Assembly: GCA_030059665.1 (NCBI GenBank) | Contig: JANVYR010000002.1 | Coordinates: forward strand, 1 to 64,000 | Origin: Candidatus Calditenuis fumarioli | Lineage (GTDB): Archaea; Thermoproteota; Nitrososphaeria_A; Caldarchaeales; Calditenuaceae | Length of the DNA stretch: 64,000 nucleotides | Direction: 5' to 3' | Shown: in pieces, positions 56,556-64,000 of the stretch | Position numbering within the stretch: position 1 is the first letter of the stretch | Layout: the number at the start of each line of letters is the position of its first letter | Position numbers and translations under genes: made by a program | Notes under the pieces: model-generated | Database searches by the model: none | What the model saw: the letters and a program-made list of their open reading frames with translations, nothing else | What the model was told of the DNA's origin: nothing

Positions 56556-57680
56556 ATGGATAGCTCTGCAAACAGTAGGATGGTGGTTCCTAGGTGGGAG
56601 AGAATGGATGATGAAGGGAACGGTCAGGACCCTGGGGTTAATTCGGACTTGGTCGCGGCTCCGGGCCCGGGGGAAGAGGCCGCGCATCTTGGTGGCTTCT
56701 TTGGGCTGGAAACCCCCACTGGTAGATCCCCATTGAAGAGAGAAGTCGTGAGCGAGGTCTCACTTGCAAACCAGGTTGCGGTTCAGAACCAAGAGGGGAA
56801 GCAAAAATCCAAGAAACGCTATCTTCCGAGGGAACTGAGAATACGGATGCGTAACGATGTACTTAAGTATAATAGTTTGGGACTTTCAATTAATCAAGTT
56901 ATTAAGAGGTTAAAGATGAAATATGGTTTAGCTCCAGCTAAGTCTACTGTAATTTACTGGCGCAAAGGCTTGCGCTCTCCATTCCATGGAATCAGAATAC
57001 CCTCGCTAAACTTCCTGAAACCATCAGAAGACCTCGCTTATGTAATCGGTGTGATAGTTGGAGATGGTTTTGTTTCACAAAGGGTCAAACCACGGTATGG
57101 GTACAAACATTCCTACATTAAGCAGTATAACATAGGATTAACGGTTAGGGACGTAGAGTTCGCTGAGGAATTCAGTAAAAGAATAGCAAGAGTTCTGGGA
57201 AGAGCGCCTCCACGGGTAAGGTTAAACAAAAATTGTAAATGGACTGTTGAGGTTCAATCTAAGACCCTGTTCGAGTTACTCACGAAACCCATTAACATTG
57301 AAAAAATCAAACCATATGTTGAGCATTGCGATAAGTGTATTTACATGTTTTTAAGAGGATTCTTCGATAGTGATGGGACGGTCCTTAAAGACGGTACGAT
57401 AATCCTGTACAATACCGACTATGAAGTGCTCAAGTATACGATCTATCTACTGGAAAAGATTGGGATTGAAACAACCTCAAAAGAGCCGAAGCTTTTTCAG
57501 AGAGCTGGCAAATTAATTGTTGACAGGAGTACCGGTAAATTATACAAAGGCAATAAAGACAATTATTATGTGCGCGTTCGTAAGGAGTCGAATCGCACTT
57601 TCCTCAAGAAAGTCGGATTCACTGTTGAAAGGAAGAGGAGAAGACTAGAGGTGTACCTTGGAAAGGACATCTTCCGATGA
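56556..57680 (+). CDS. Free-standing double-motif LAGLIDADG endonuclease with N-terminal HTH
   Basis: YLPRELRIRM...GLSINQV...KSTVIYWRKG HTH; LAYVIGVIVGDG and FLRGFFDSDG motifs; low-GC DNA; no intein splice motifs. Real start may be further downstream. Confidence 0.88.
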   Translation: MDSSANSRMVVPRWERMDDEGNGQDPGVNSDLVAAPGPGEEAAHLGGFFGLETPTGRSPLKREVVSEVSLANQVAVQNQEGKQKSKKRYLPRELRIRMRNDVLKYNSLGLSINQVIKRLKMKYGLAPAKSTVIYWRKGLRSPFHGIRIPSLNFLKPSEDLAYVIGVIVGDGFVSQRVKPRYGYKHSYIKQYNIGLTVRDVEFAEEFSKRIARVLGRAPPRVRLNKNCKWTVEVQSKTLFELLTKPINIEKIKPYVEHCDKCIYMFLRGFFDSDGTVLKDGTIILYNTDYEVLKYTIYLLEKIGIETTSKEPKLFQRAGKLIVDRSTGKLYKGNKDNYYVRVRKESNRTFLKKVGFTVERKRRRLEVYLGKDIFR

Positions 57681-58279
57681 ATTAAGACACGTTACGAACT
57701 CTCCTTTTCCTTCCAATCCCTTTTTCACTCATTCACTTATAAACAACAACGGATACCATACTCATCTGGGCTGCCCATAGAAGAAACAATAATTGAATTC
57801 AGAGAGCCTTCGAATACCTGCTCTGCCCCAGTTGTTGTGGGTGCAAATGTTGTTGGATGTGGAAACCGCCAAGGAACCCGCGTTCCGTCCTTTTCTACCT
57901 TTTCATTCCTAGCCAAGGGTTCCCTGCTGGAGAGGAGTGTAATGACTGGCCTCTACGTTTCGAGGAATGCCTCAGCTCTCTCATCTCGACCCTATCCTTC
58001 CGATGTTATCGTCTCTTATTGCAGACCCTGGAATTATCATCACCTTGTGTATGCTAACCATCTGAGACGACTCACAAGCGACAACTACAGGATGTTCTTT
58101 CTACATGACAAATCAGTCTGGCTGCCTCGAGACGCTCGGCTGGGTTGTCTTTTTCACACGTTTTCGATCGGGTGAGAATTACATGTTCTTAGTTATGGTC
58201 CGCGACATGATGCCGGGCAGACATGTGTTGCCCCAGACACATGGGATAGCTGAACTTTATTTCCTCCTGAAGATGAGGT

Positions 58280-59047
58280 ATGTCGGTACTCAGGTTGAGT
58301 ATGTCGCACCCACGTTCCGTTGAGGTCTGGGCTTCGATCGACCTGCTCGAGGGGAACGTCGTCAGGTTGATCCGAGGCGAGATCGGCAACGCGATCGTTT
58401 ACTCGACTAACCCCCTCCACGTGGTCAGGAAGCTCACCTCATACGGGTTCGACGGCTTCCACATCGTCGACCTGGACAGGGCCCTTGGTCGCGGGAGCAA
58501 CCTCGAGACGATCCGCAGGATCCTGCAGGAGCTCAGGGGCTTCAAGGTCCAGCTCGGGGGAGGGATGAGGGACAGGGCCTCTATCGGGGAGGCGCTGGCC
58601 CTGAACGTCGACAGGGTGGTCCTCGGGACCGTGCTGGTGACCTCGCCCTCGCTGGTCCAGGAGCTGGTGCAGGAGCACTCCGGCGAGAGGTTCGTCGCGG
58701 CCCTCGACTACGACCCCTCGGGCACGGTCGTGTACAACGGCTGGACCTCCAAGGCCGCTATGCAGCTGAGCGAGGGGTACCGTCTCGTCAGGTCGCTCGG
58801 GATAAGGTACGTGCTCGCCACGAGCGTCGCCAACGACGGCACCCTCTCCGGGCCCGACGTGGGCAGGCTCTCCCGCCTCAGCCCGGAGGACAGGGCCATG
58901 ACCTACGTCAGCGGCGGCATCTCCTCCGTCAGCCACATCAGGGAGCTGCGTTCGCTGGGCGTCAGGGGCGTGGTCCTCGGTAGGGTCCTCTACGAGCAGC
59001 TGGTCAGCCCCAGGAACCTGATCGAGGCGGCCCGCTCCCAGACCTGA
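58280..59047 (+). CDS. hisA: ProFAR isomerase (HisA)
   Basis: ASIDLLEGNVVRL..G, HIVDLD, QLGGGMR, RVVLGT, VAALD, NDGTLSGPD, VSGGISS, GVVLGRVLY. Start may be ATG 58301. Confidence 0.88.
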   Translation: MSVLRLSMSHPRSVEVWASIDLLEGNVVRLIRGEIGNAIVYSTNPLHVVRKLTSYGFDGFHIVDLDRALGRGSNLETIRRILQELRGFKVQLGGGMRDRASIGEALALNVDRVVLGTVLVTSPSLVQELVQEHSGERFVAALDYDPSGTVVYNGWTSKAAMQLSEGYRLVRSLGIRYVLATSVANDGTLSGPDVGRLSRLSPEDRAMTYVSGGISSVSHIRELRSLGVRGVVLGRVLYEQLVSPRNLIEAARSQT

Positions 59048-59065
59048 AGGGCGAGTATCGGCGGT

Positions 59066-59590
59066 TCATGCGAGCTTCATCAGCAGCTCCAGAGGCACCC
59101 TCGACTCGCTCCCGGCCGACGCGATCACCTCTCCCTTCCCGTCCAGCAGCAGAAGAACCCGCTCGCCCCTGCTCCTCGGAGAGTGGTCGATGTACCTGAT
59201 CCTCGTTCCGTTGACCTCTGCGTCGACCACGAACCCGCGAACCGGCCCCGGAGCCTGCTGGCCGCGCGGCACGGGGTTGCCCGCGATCACGTGGAACCTG
59301 GGCACCTCTGTCCCCCGGACGAGGTCGAGCGTCCTGAGCACGGTCCCCACAGCGAGCTTCCGCCGCTTCCTGCCGAGCTCCCACCTGATCCAGAGCGCCG
59401 CGATGACCGAAGAGACCGCCGCTAGGACCGCAAGGCCGTGATGCAGGGCATCCGACCTGAGGCCGACGGCCACCGCGACCACCCCTGCCGAGAAGAGCAG
59501 CTCCAGAGCGAGCACGCGCTTCATCCTGTCGAGCCTGTACAGGTCGTGGAAGGGGACGGCCTGCCGCACCGATCCCTCCTCCCCTCCCAA
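59066..59590 (-). CDS. Hypothetical membrane protein
   Basis: Two N-terminal TM helices followed by a beta-rich cytoplasmic part. Confidence 0.55.
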   Translation of the reverse strand: MGGEEGSVRQAVPFHDLYRLDRMKRVLALELLFSAGVVAVAVGLRSDALHHGLAVLAAVSSVIAALWIRWELGRKRRKLAVGTVLRTLDLVRGTEVPRFHVIAGNPVPRGQQAPGPVRGFVVDAEVNGTRIRYIDHSPRSRGERVLLLLDGKGEVIASAGSESRVPLELLMKLA

Positions 59591-59646
59591 GGTGAATAAT
59601 CTTTGCTGGGTCCTGCCCTACCCTTTGCTCGGTCTCCACGCGGAGC

Positions 59647-60165
59647 TCAGTTCTCCTGCTGAACCTGTGGGGCAGCCGCGATGCGGTTCACGACGATGCG
59701 GTAGTCCTTGGGGAGCTTGCTCGCGGCTATCCTCAGCGCCTCCTTCGCGACCTCCAGGTTCTTGGCATCGACGTAGAGGCTGATCACCTCCTTCCCTGCG
59801 TAGACCTGTGCGGCCCTCCCGACCGGCCTGCCGAAGGCCCTGCTCATCCCCTCCTGGAGCCTGTCCGCGTGCGCGCCGAAGATCAGCTTGTTCTCCCTGA
59901 GCACGTGGTGCGGGTGGGCCCTAACGACCAGGTAGAAGCTGTCGCCGATCTTGGAGGAGAGGAACTTCCCCGCGGCCACCCTGGCGGCCTCGAGCGCCAC
60001 GTCCCTGACCTGGACGTCCGTCTTCGCGACCAGGTCGAGCCTCAGCTCGTACCCCTCCCTCCACGTCCCGTAGTCGTACTTGGCTATCCTCGGCTGCGGA
60101 GCTCCGGCTATGAACTCCTCCCGCGTGTAGGGCCTCTCGATCGCCCTGTAGTTCCTCGCCCTCAT
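59647..60165 (-). CDS. rpl10e: 50S ribosomal protein uL16 (L10e)
   Basis: PYTRREFI-like PYTREEFI, ALEAARV, RAHPHHVLRENK, ADRLQEGMSRAFGRPVG, SKLP. Confidence 0.96.
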   Translation of the reverse strand: MRARNYRAIERPYTREEFIAGAPQPRIAKYDYGTWREGYELRLDLVAKTDVQVRDVALEAARVAAGKFLSSKIGDSFYLVVRAHPHHVLRENKLIFGAHADRLQEGMSRAFGRPVGRAAQVYAGKEVISLYVDAKNLEVAKEALRIAASKLPKDYRIVVNRIAAAPQVQQEN

Positions 60166-60303
60166 CCTCCCGTCGCCCGAGTCCCTCAGCGTGGTTTAAG
60201 AGGTTTGCCCGATGCCGGATCCGAGAAGGCCGGAGCGAGAAGGGCCGGCGCCCCGAGGTGGGAGGTTCATCTGGGACCGGCGGTTGATCCTTCACGGGGT
60301 CGC

Positions 60304-60846
60304 TTGCTGCTGGTCGAGTACATGGGTCACAGGATGGCCGCGGAGGCGTATAGGGTGAGGGTCAGCGATCCGGTGGGGACGCTGGTGGAGGCGGGCCTCA
60401 TCGGCCGCGAACCGATCCAGCTCTACGACCCCTCCGCAGTTGTCTCGGCTCGTCATCTGACGCTGGCTTTCCTGTGCGCCGTCGACGCGTTCTCCACGGG
60501 GACCAACAGGGCCAAGCGGATGGAGGTCGAGTTCCTCAGGTTCCTCGCTGGCTCCAGACAGATCTCCGAGGCGATAGGCCTGGTGGGCGTGAGGCCCGGC
60601 ACGGAGGTCGTCGGCGTCGCTGCCTTCTCCGGAGGTGGCCTCGATCCAGTCGGTCTGCTGGAAAGGGCAAGATCTCTCCTCGGCGGCGATCCGGAGCCAG
60701 GGATGCTGGCCTCCGCGAACCCGAGCGAGGTCCTCCGGAGGATGAGCGTCCCGGAGGAGCTGGTCGATGCGATCCCGGAATCCGAGGGGGCCAGCAGGGA
60801 GGAGCTGGCCGTTCTCGAGCGGATCTCGGTGCTCAGGATAATCTGA
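60304..60846 (+). CDS. cgi121: KEOPS complex subunit Cgi121
   Basis: IQLYDP..VVSARHL..A...AV.AF..GTNRAK..EVEFL..LAGSRQISEAI..VGV; C-terminal LAVLERISVL. Start uncertain (TTG 60304 or ATG 60322). Confidence 0.85.
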   Translation: MLLVEYMGHRMAAEAYRVRVSDPVGTLVEAGLIGREPIQLYDPSAVVSARHLTLAFLCAVDAFSTGTNRAKRMEVEFLRFLAGSRQISEAIGLVGVRPGTEVVGVAAFSGGGLDPVGLLERARSLLGGDPEPGMLASANPSEVLRRMSVPEELVDAIPESEGASREELAVLERISVLRII

Positions 60847-60904
60847 TGCGGACTCCGCAGAAATTTATGAGGAGGCTTTAGCAGGTCAGCGTAGGTGATC
60901 TGAG

Positions 60905-62542
60905 ATGGCCCTGTCTGGGCAACCCGTTATCATCCTGAAGGAGGGGACTTCGAGGACGCGGGGAAGGGCTGCGCAGAGGAACAACATCGCAGCTGCCAAG
61001 ATCATCGCGGAGATCGTCAAGACGACGCTCGGCCCGAAGGGGATGGACAAGATCCTCGTCGACTCGATAGGCGACGTGATCGTCACCAACGACGGCGCCA
61101 CCATCCTCGAGAAGATGGACGTCGAGCACCCGGCCGCTAAGATGATCATCGAGGTGGCCAAGACCCAGGACAAGATGGTCGGCGACGGCACGACGACCGC
61201 GGTGGTCCTTGCGGGCGAGCTGCTCAGGAAGGCAGAGGAGCTGCTGGACCAGAAGATCCACGCCAGCACCATCATCACCGGGTACAGGAGGGCCCTCCAG
61301 GTGGCTCTGAGGAGGCTCGAGGAGATAGCCAAGCCGGTATCGCTCAACGACCGCGAGACCCTCAGGAAGATCGTCAAGACCTCCCTCGGTAGCAAGTCCC
61401 TCGGCTTCGCGACCGACCACATCGCGGACCTGGCGATCGACGCGGTGCTCAGCGTCGTCAGGGAGGTGAACGGCAAGAGGAAGGCCGACAAGGACGACAT
61501 CCAGATCGTCAAGAAGATCGGGAAGAGCCTCCTCGAGTCCCAGGTCGTCAAGGGGATCATCGTGGACAAGGAGGTGGTCCACCCGGCGATGCCGAAGACC
61601 GTCAAGAACGCGAAGATAGCCCTCATCGATGCTCCCTTCGAGATTGAGAAGACCGAGTTCAGCGCCGAGATCAGGATAAGGAGCCCGGAGCTGATGAAGC
61701 AGTTCCTCGACGAGGAGCACAGGATCCTCCAAGAGATGGTCGACAAGGTCGCCTCGGTGGGCGCGAACGTGGTCTTCTGCCAGAAGGGGATCGACGACGC
61801 GGCCCAGTTCTTCCTCGCGAAGAGGGGCATACTGGCGGTCAGGAGGGTGAAGAGGAGCGACATGGAGAAGCTCGAGAAGGCCACAGGTGGGAGGATCGTC
61901 ACCAACTTCGAGGACCTCCAGCCGAAGGACCTGGGCTACGCCGAGCTGGTCGAGGAGAGGAAGATCGGCGAGGACCGCATGGTCTTCGTCGAGGGCTGTA
62001 AGGACCCGAAGGCGGTCTCGGTGCTGATCAGGGCCGGACTCGAGCGCCAGCTTGACGAGGCCGAGAGGGCGCTGAACGACGCGATCATGAACGTGATCAA
62101 CATCGTCGACGACAACCGCTTCGTCCCCGGCGGAGGCGCTGTCGAGGTCGAGCTGGCCAAGGCCGTCAGGGAGGAGGCCTCGAAGTACCCGGGGAAGGAG
62201 CAGCTGGCGATGCTGGCCTTCGCTGAGGCGCTGGAGATCATACCCAAGACGCTCGCGGAGAACGCGGGCCTCGACCCGATCGACATCATGACGTCCCTCA
62301 GGAACAAGCACGCCGAGAACGGGATCTCCTACGGCATCAACCTGCTCACCGGCAAGGTCGACGACATGTTCCAGCTCGGCGTGATCGAGCCCCTCAAGGT
62401 GAAGGTTCAGGCGCTGAAGTCGAGCTTCGAGGCATCCGCGATGATCCTGAGGATCGACGACGTCATCGCCGCAAGCAAGAAGAAGGAAGAGGAGAAGAAG
62501 AGCAAGAAGGGCGAGGAGACCGAGTCCTCCGAGTTCGACTGA
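60905..62542 (+). CDS. ths: Thermosome (group II chaperonin) subunit
   Basis: TTLGPKGMDK, VTNDGATIL, GDGTTT, FCQKGID, PGGGA, LRIDDVI. Confidence 0.97.
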   Translation: MALSGQPVIILKEGTSRTRGRAAQRNNIAAAKIIAEIVKTTLGPKGMDKILVDSIGDVIVTNDGATILEKMDVEHPAAKMIIEVAKTQDKMVGDGTTTAVVLAGELLRKAEELLDQKIHASTIITGYRRALQVALRRLEEIAKPVSLNDRETLRKIVKTSLGSKSLGFATDHIADLAIDAVLSVVREVNGKRKADKDDIQIVKKIGKSLLESQVVKGIIVDKEVVHPAMPKTVKNAKIALIDAPFEIEKTEFSAEIRIRSPELMKQFLDEEHRILQEMVDKVASVGANVVFCQKGIDDAAQFFLAKRGILAVRRVKRSDMEKLEKATGGRIVTNFEDLQPKDLGYAELVEERKIGEDRMVFVEGCKDPKAVSVLIRAGLERQLDEAERALNDAIMNVINIVDDNRFVPGGGAVEVELAKAVREEASKYPGKEQLAMLAFAEALEIIPKTLAENAGLDPIDIMTSLRNKHAENGISYGINLLTGKVDDMFQLGVIEPLKVKVQALKSSFEASAMILRIDDVIAASKKKEEEKKSKKGEETESSEFD

Positions 62543-62620
62543 GCTTCTCCAATCCAATCTTTCTCAGAGCGTCCAGCGTTTTTCCCGTCGCCTTTCCCGT
62601 TCCCCGGCTGACGTCATTTC
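62543..62620 (+). terminator. Pyrimidine-rich tract after the thermosome gene (possible archaeal terminator)
   Basis: CTTCTCC..TCTTTCTC..TTTTTCCC..CTTTCCC runs directly after the stop. Confidence 0.35.
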
Positions 62621-62677
62621 CCGACCGTCAAAGGTCTCAAGATTTTTGTTCTGAAGTGCCGTGACCCAACGGAAGGC

Positions 62678-64000
62678 ATGCAGGGGTCTTCCGACGTGGG
62701 CGTTCTGGGCTTGGGGCCGATGGGCGAGAACTTCGCGCTGAACCTGCTGAGCAGGGGCTTCTCCGTCTCGGTCTACAACAGGACCCCCGAGAGGACCAGG
62801 GCCTTCCTCGAGAGGTCCGGAGCCCCTGAGGGTCTGAGGGCGACCTACTCCGTCCAGGAGTTCGTCTCGTCGCTCTCCAGGCCCAGGAGGGTCTTCCTCT
62901 TCGTCAAGGCAGGCGCGCCGGTCGACGAGGTCATCGCGCAGCTGAGGCCCCACCTCGAGGAGGGCGACGTTCTAATCGACTGCGGCAACTCCCACTTCAG
63001 GGACTCGGACAGGAGGTACCAGGAGCTGCTGGGGCAGGGGGTCGACTTCATCGGCATGGGCGTCAGCGGAGGCTACGAGGGAGCTCTGCGGGGTCCTTCG
63101 ATGATGGCGGGAGGCTCGATCAGGGGCTACGGGTCGGTCGAGGGCGTTCTGCGGGAGGTCGCTGCGCGCCACCACGGCGACCCCTGCGTGGCCTACTTCG
63201 GTCCAGGAGGCTCGGGACACCTGGTGAAGACGGTGCACAACGGGATCGAGTACGCCATGATGGGAGCGATAGCCGAGGTCTACGGCGTCCTGCGCGCAGG
63301 CCTCGGGATGGGCCCGGAGGAGGCGTCCGAGGTCTTCGAGTCCTGGTCGAACGGCGAGCTCTCCTCCTTCCTCGTGGAGGCGACGTACAGGGTGCTGAGG
63401 TACAGGGAGCGGGAATCGGAGGGGCCCCTGATAGAGCGGGTGCTGGACGTCGCGGAGCAGAAGGGAACGGGGTTGTGGACCGCACAGCTCTCGCTCGAGC
63501 TCGGCGTCCCCTCCCCCTCCATCTCGGAGGCCGTACACGGTCGCTTCGTCAGCGCCATGAAAGGTTTCAGGGAGAAGGCTTCGAGGTTCGCCTGCAGCGC
63601 AGGCCCTTCCACCGCGGAGTCGGACCTGCTCGAGGCCTGCAGGAGCTCGCTGTACCTCACCTTCGTCTCCTCCTACCTCCAGGGGTCGCTGCTGCTCGAG
63701 GCCTCTTCGAGGTCCCTCGGGTACGGCTTCGACGTCGCGGAGGCCTTCAGGGTCTGGAGGGCCGGTTGCATAATCAGGTCGAGGATCGTGGAGAGGGCCT
63801 ACTCGGCGCTGCTCGGCAGGGAGGCTGAGAGCAGGACGCTCCAGCTGATGGAGGAGTTCCACCGGGACTTCAGGGAGCGGATGGTCTGGTGGGCTGACTT
63901 CGTGGCTGCAGCGGCGAGGCTCGGCGTTCCCGCACCCGTCACCTCCTCGGCCATGAACTGGTACCTCTCGGTCACCTCCCGCAGGCTGACGGCGAACCTC
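62678..64000 (+). CDS. gnd: 6-phosphogluconate dehydrogenase, decarboxylating (3'-partial)
   Basis: DVGVLGLGPMGENFA, VYNRT, IDCGNS, GMGVSGG, GHLVKTVHNGIEY, WRAGCIIRS. The frame runs off the window end, so it is absent from the ORF track. Confidence 0.95.
   Translation, partial: MQGSSDVGVLGLGPMGENFALNLLSRGFSVSVYNRTPERTRAFLERSGAPEGLRATYSVQEFVSSLSRPRRVFLFVKAGAPVDEVIAQLRPHLEEGDVLIDCGNSHFRDSDRRYQELLGQGVDFIGMGVSGGYEGALRGPSMMAGGSIRGYGSVEGVLREVAARHHGDPCVAYFGPGGSGHLVKTVHNGIEYAMMGAIAEVYGVLRAGLGMGPEEASEVFESWSNGELSSFLVEATYRVLRYRERESEGPLIERVLDVAEQKGTGLWTAQLSLELGVPSPSISEAVHGRFVSAMKGFREKASRFACSAGPSTAESDLLEACRSSLYLTFVSSYLQGSLLLEASSRSLGYGFDVAEAFRVWRAGCIIRSRIVERAYSALLGREAESRTLQLMEEFHRDFRERMVWWADFVAAAARLGVPAPVTSSAMNWYLSVTSRRLTANL

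Noticed and set aside
56556-57680. Intein
   Set aside because: No N-terminal Cys/Ser block, no C-terminal His-Asn, and no extein in frame.
56690-57830. Group I intron around the LAGLIDADG ORF (GCUGGAAA resembles the P4-J4/5 element)
   Set aside because: Matching Q, R and S elements were not found in the right order, and no flanking exons were identified.
60878-62557. Long antisense and alternative-frame ORFs (also 18997..20622, 20553..21977, 15377..16687, 178..1377, 3461..4606 and many others)
   Set aside because: They are shadows of real genes caused by GC-rich codon bias; the translations have no recognisable motifs and are Arg/Pro/Gly-rich.

Overview
This is a GC-rich archaeal chromosomal segment, roughly 60-65% GC in spot-counted lines. 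Gene content (TackOD1-like zinc-ribbon proteins, SmAP3, Nop5/fibrillarin, Top6A, thermosome) points to a TACK archaeon, most likely Aigarchaeota/Nitrososphaeria; that assignment is inference. Most of the window is housekeeping: 2-oxoacid oxidoreductase alpha, NAD salvage, a nop5-fibrillarin-rnhB-NTPase-trm1 operon, trm5, top6A, rfcL, cdc6, alaX, hisA, rpl10e, cgi121, thermosome and gnd. A ~12 kb type IV pilus locus (31.5-43.6 kb) has eight class III signal-peptide proteins, an ATPase and a TadC/FlaJ platform, and is flanked by two TackOD1-like proteins. Two lower-GC islands are present. The first (48.6-51.7 kb) holds an IS110/Nop-like RuvC protein that seems to lack the recombinase serine, a ~120-nt structured RNA over its 3' end, two divergent orphan genes and a decayed IS1595. 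The second (56.3-58.3 kb) holds a free-standing HTH-LAGLIDADG endonuclease. Non-coding features read directly from the sequence are a K-turn just upstream of nop5, a C/D-box sRNA candidate, a tRNA-Gly with a non-canonical anticodon loop, and a ~150-bp repeat present twice. All family assignments come from motif recognition by eye; no database searches were run.
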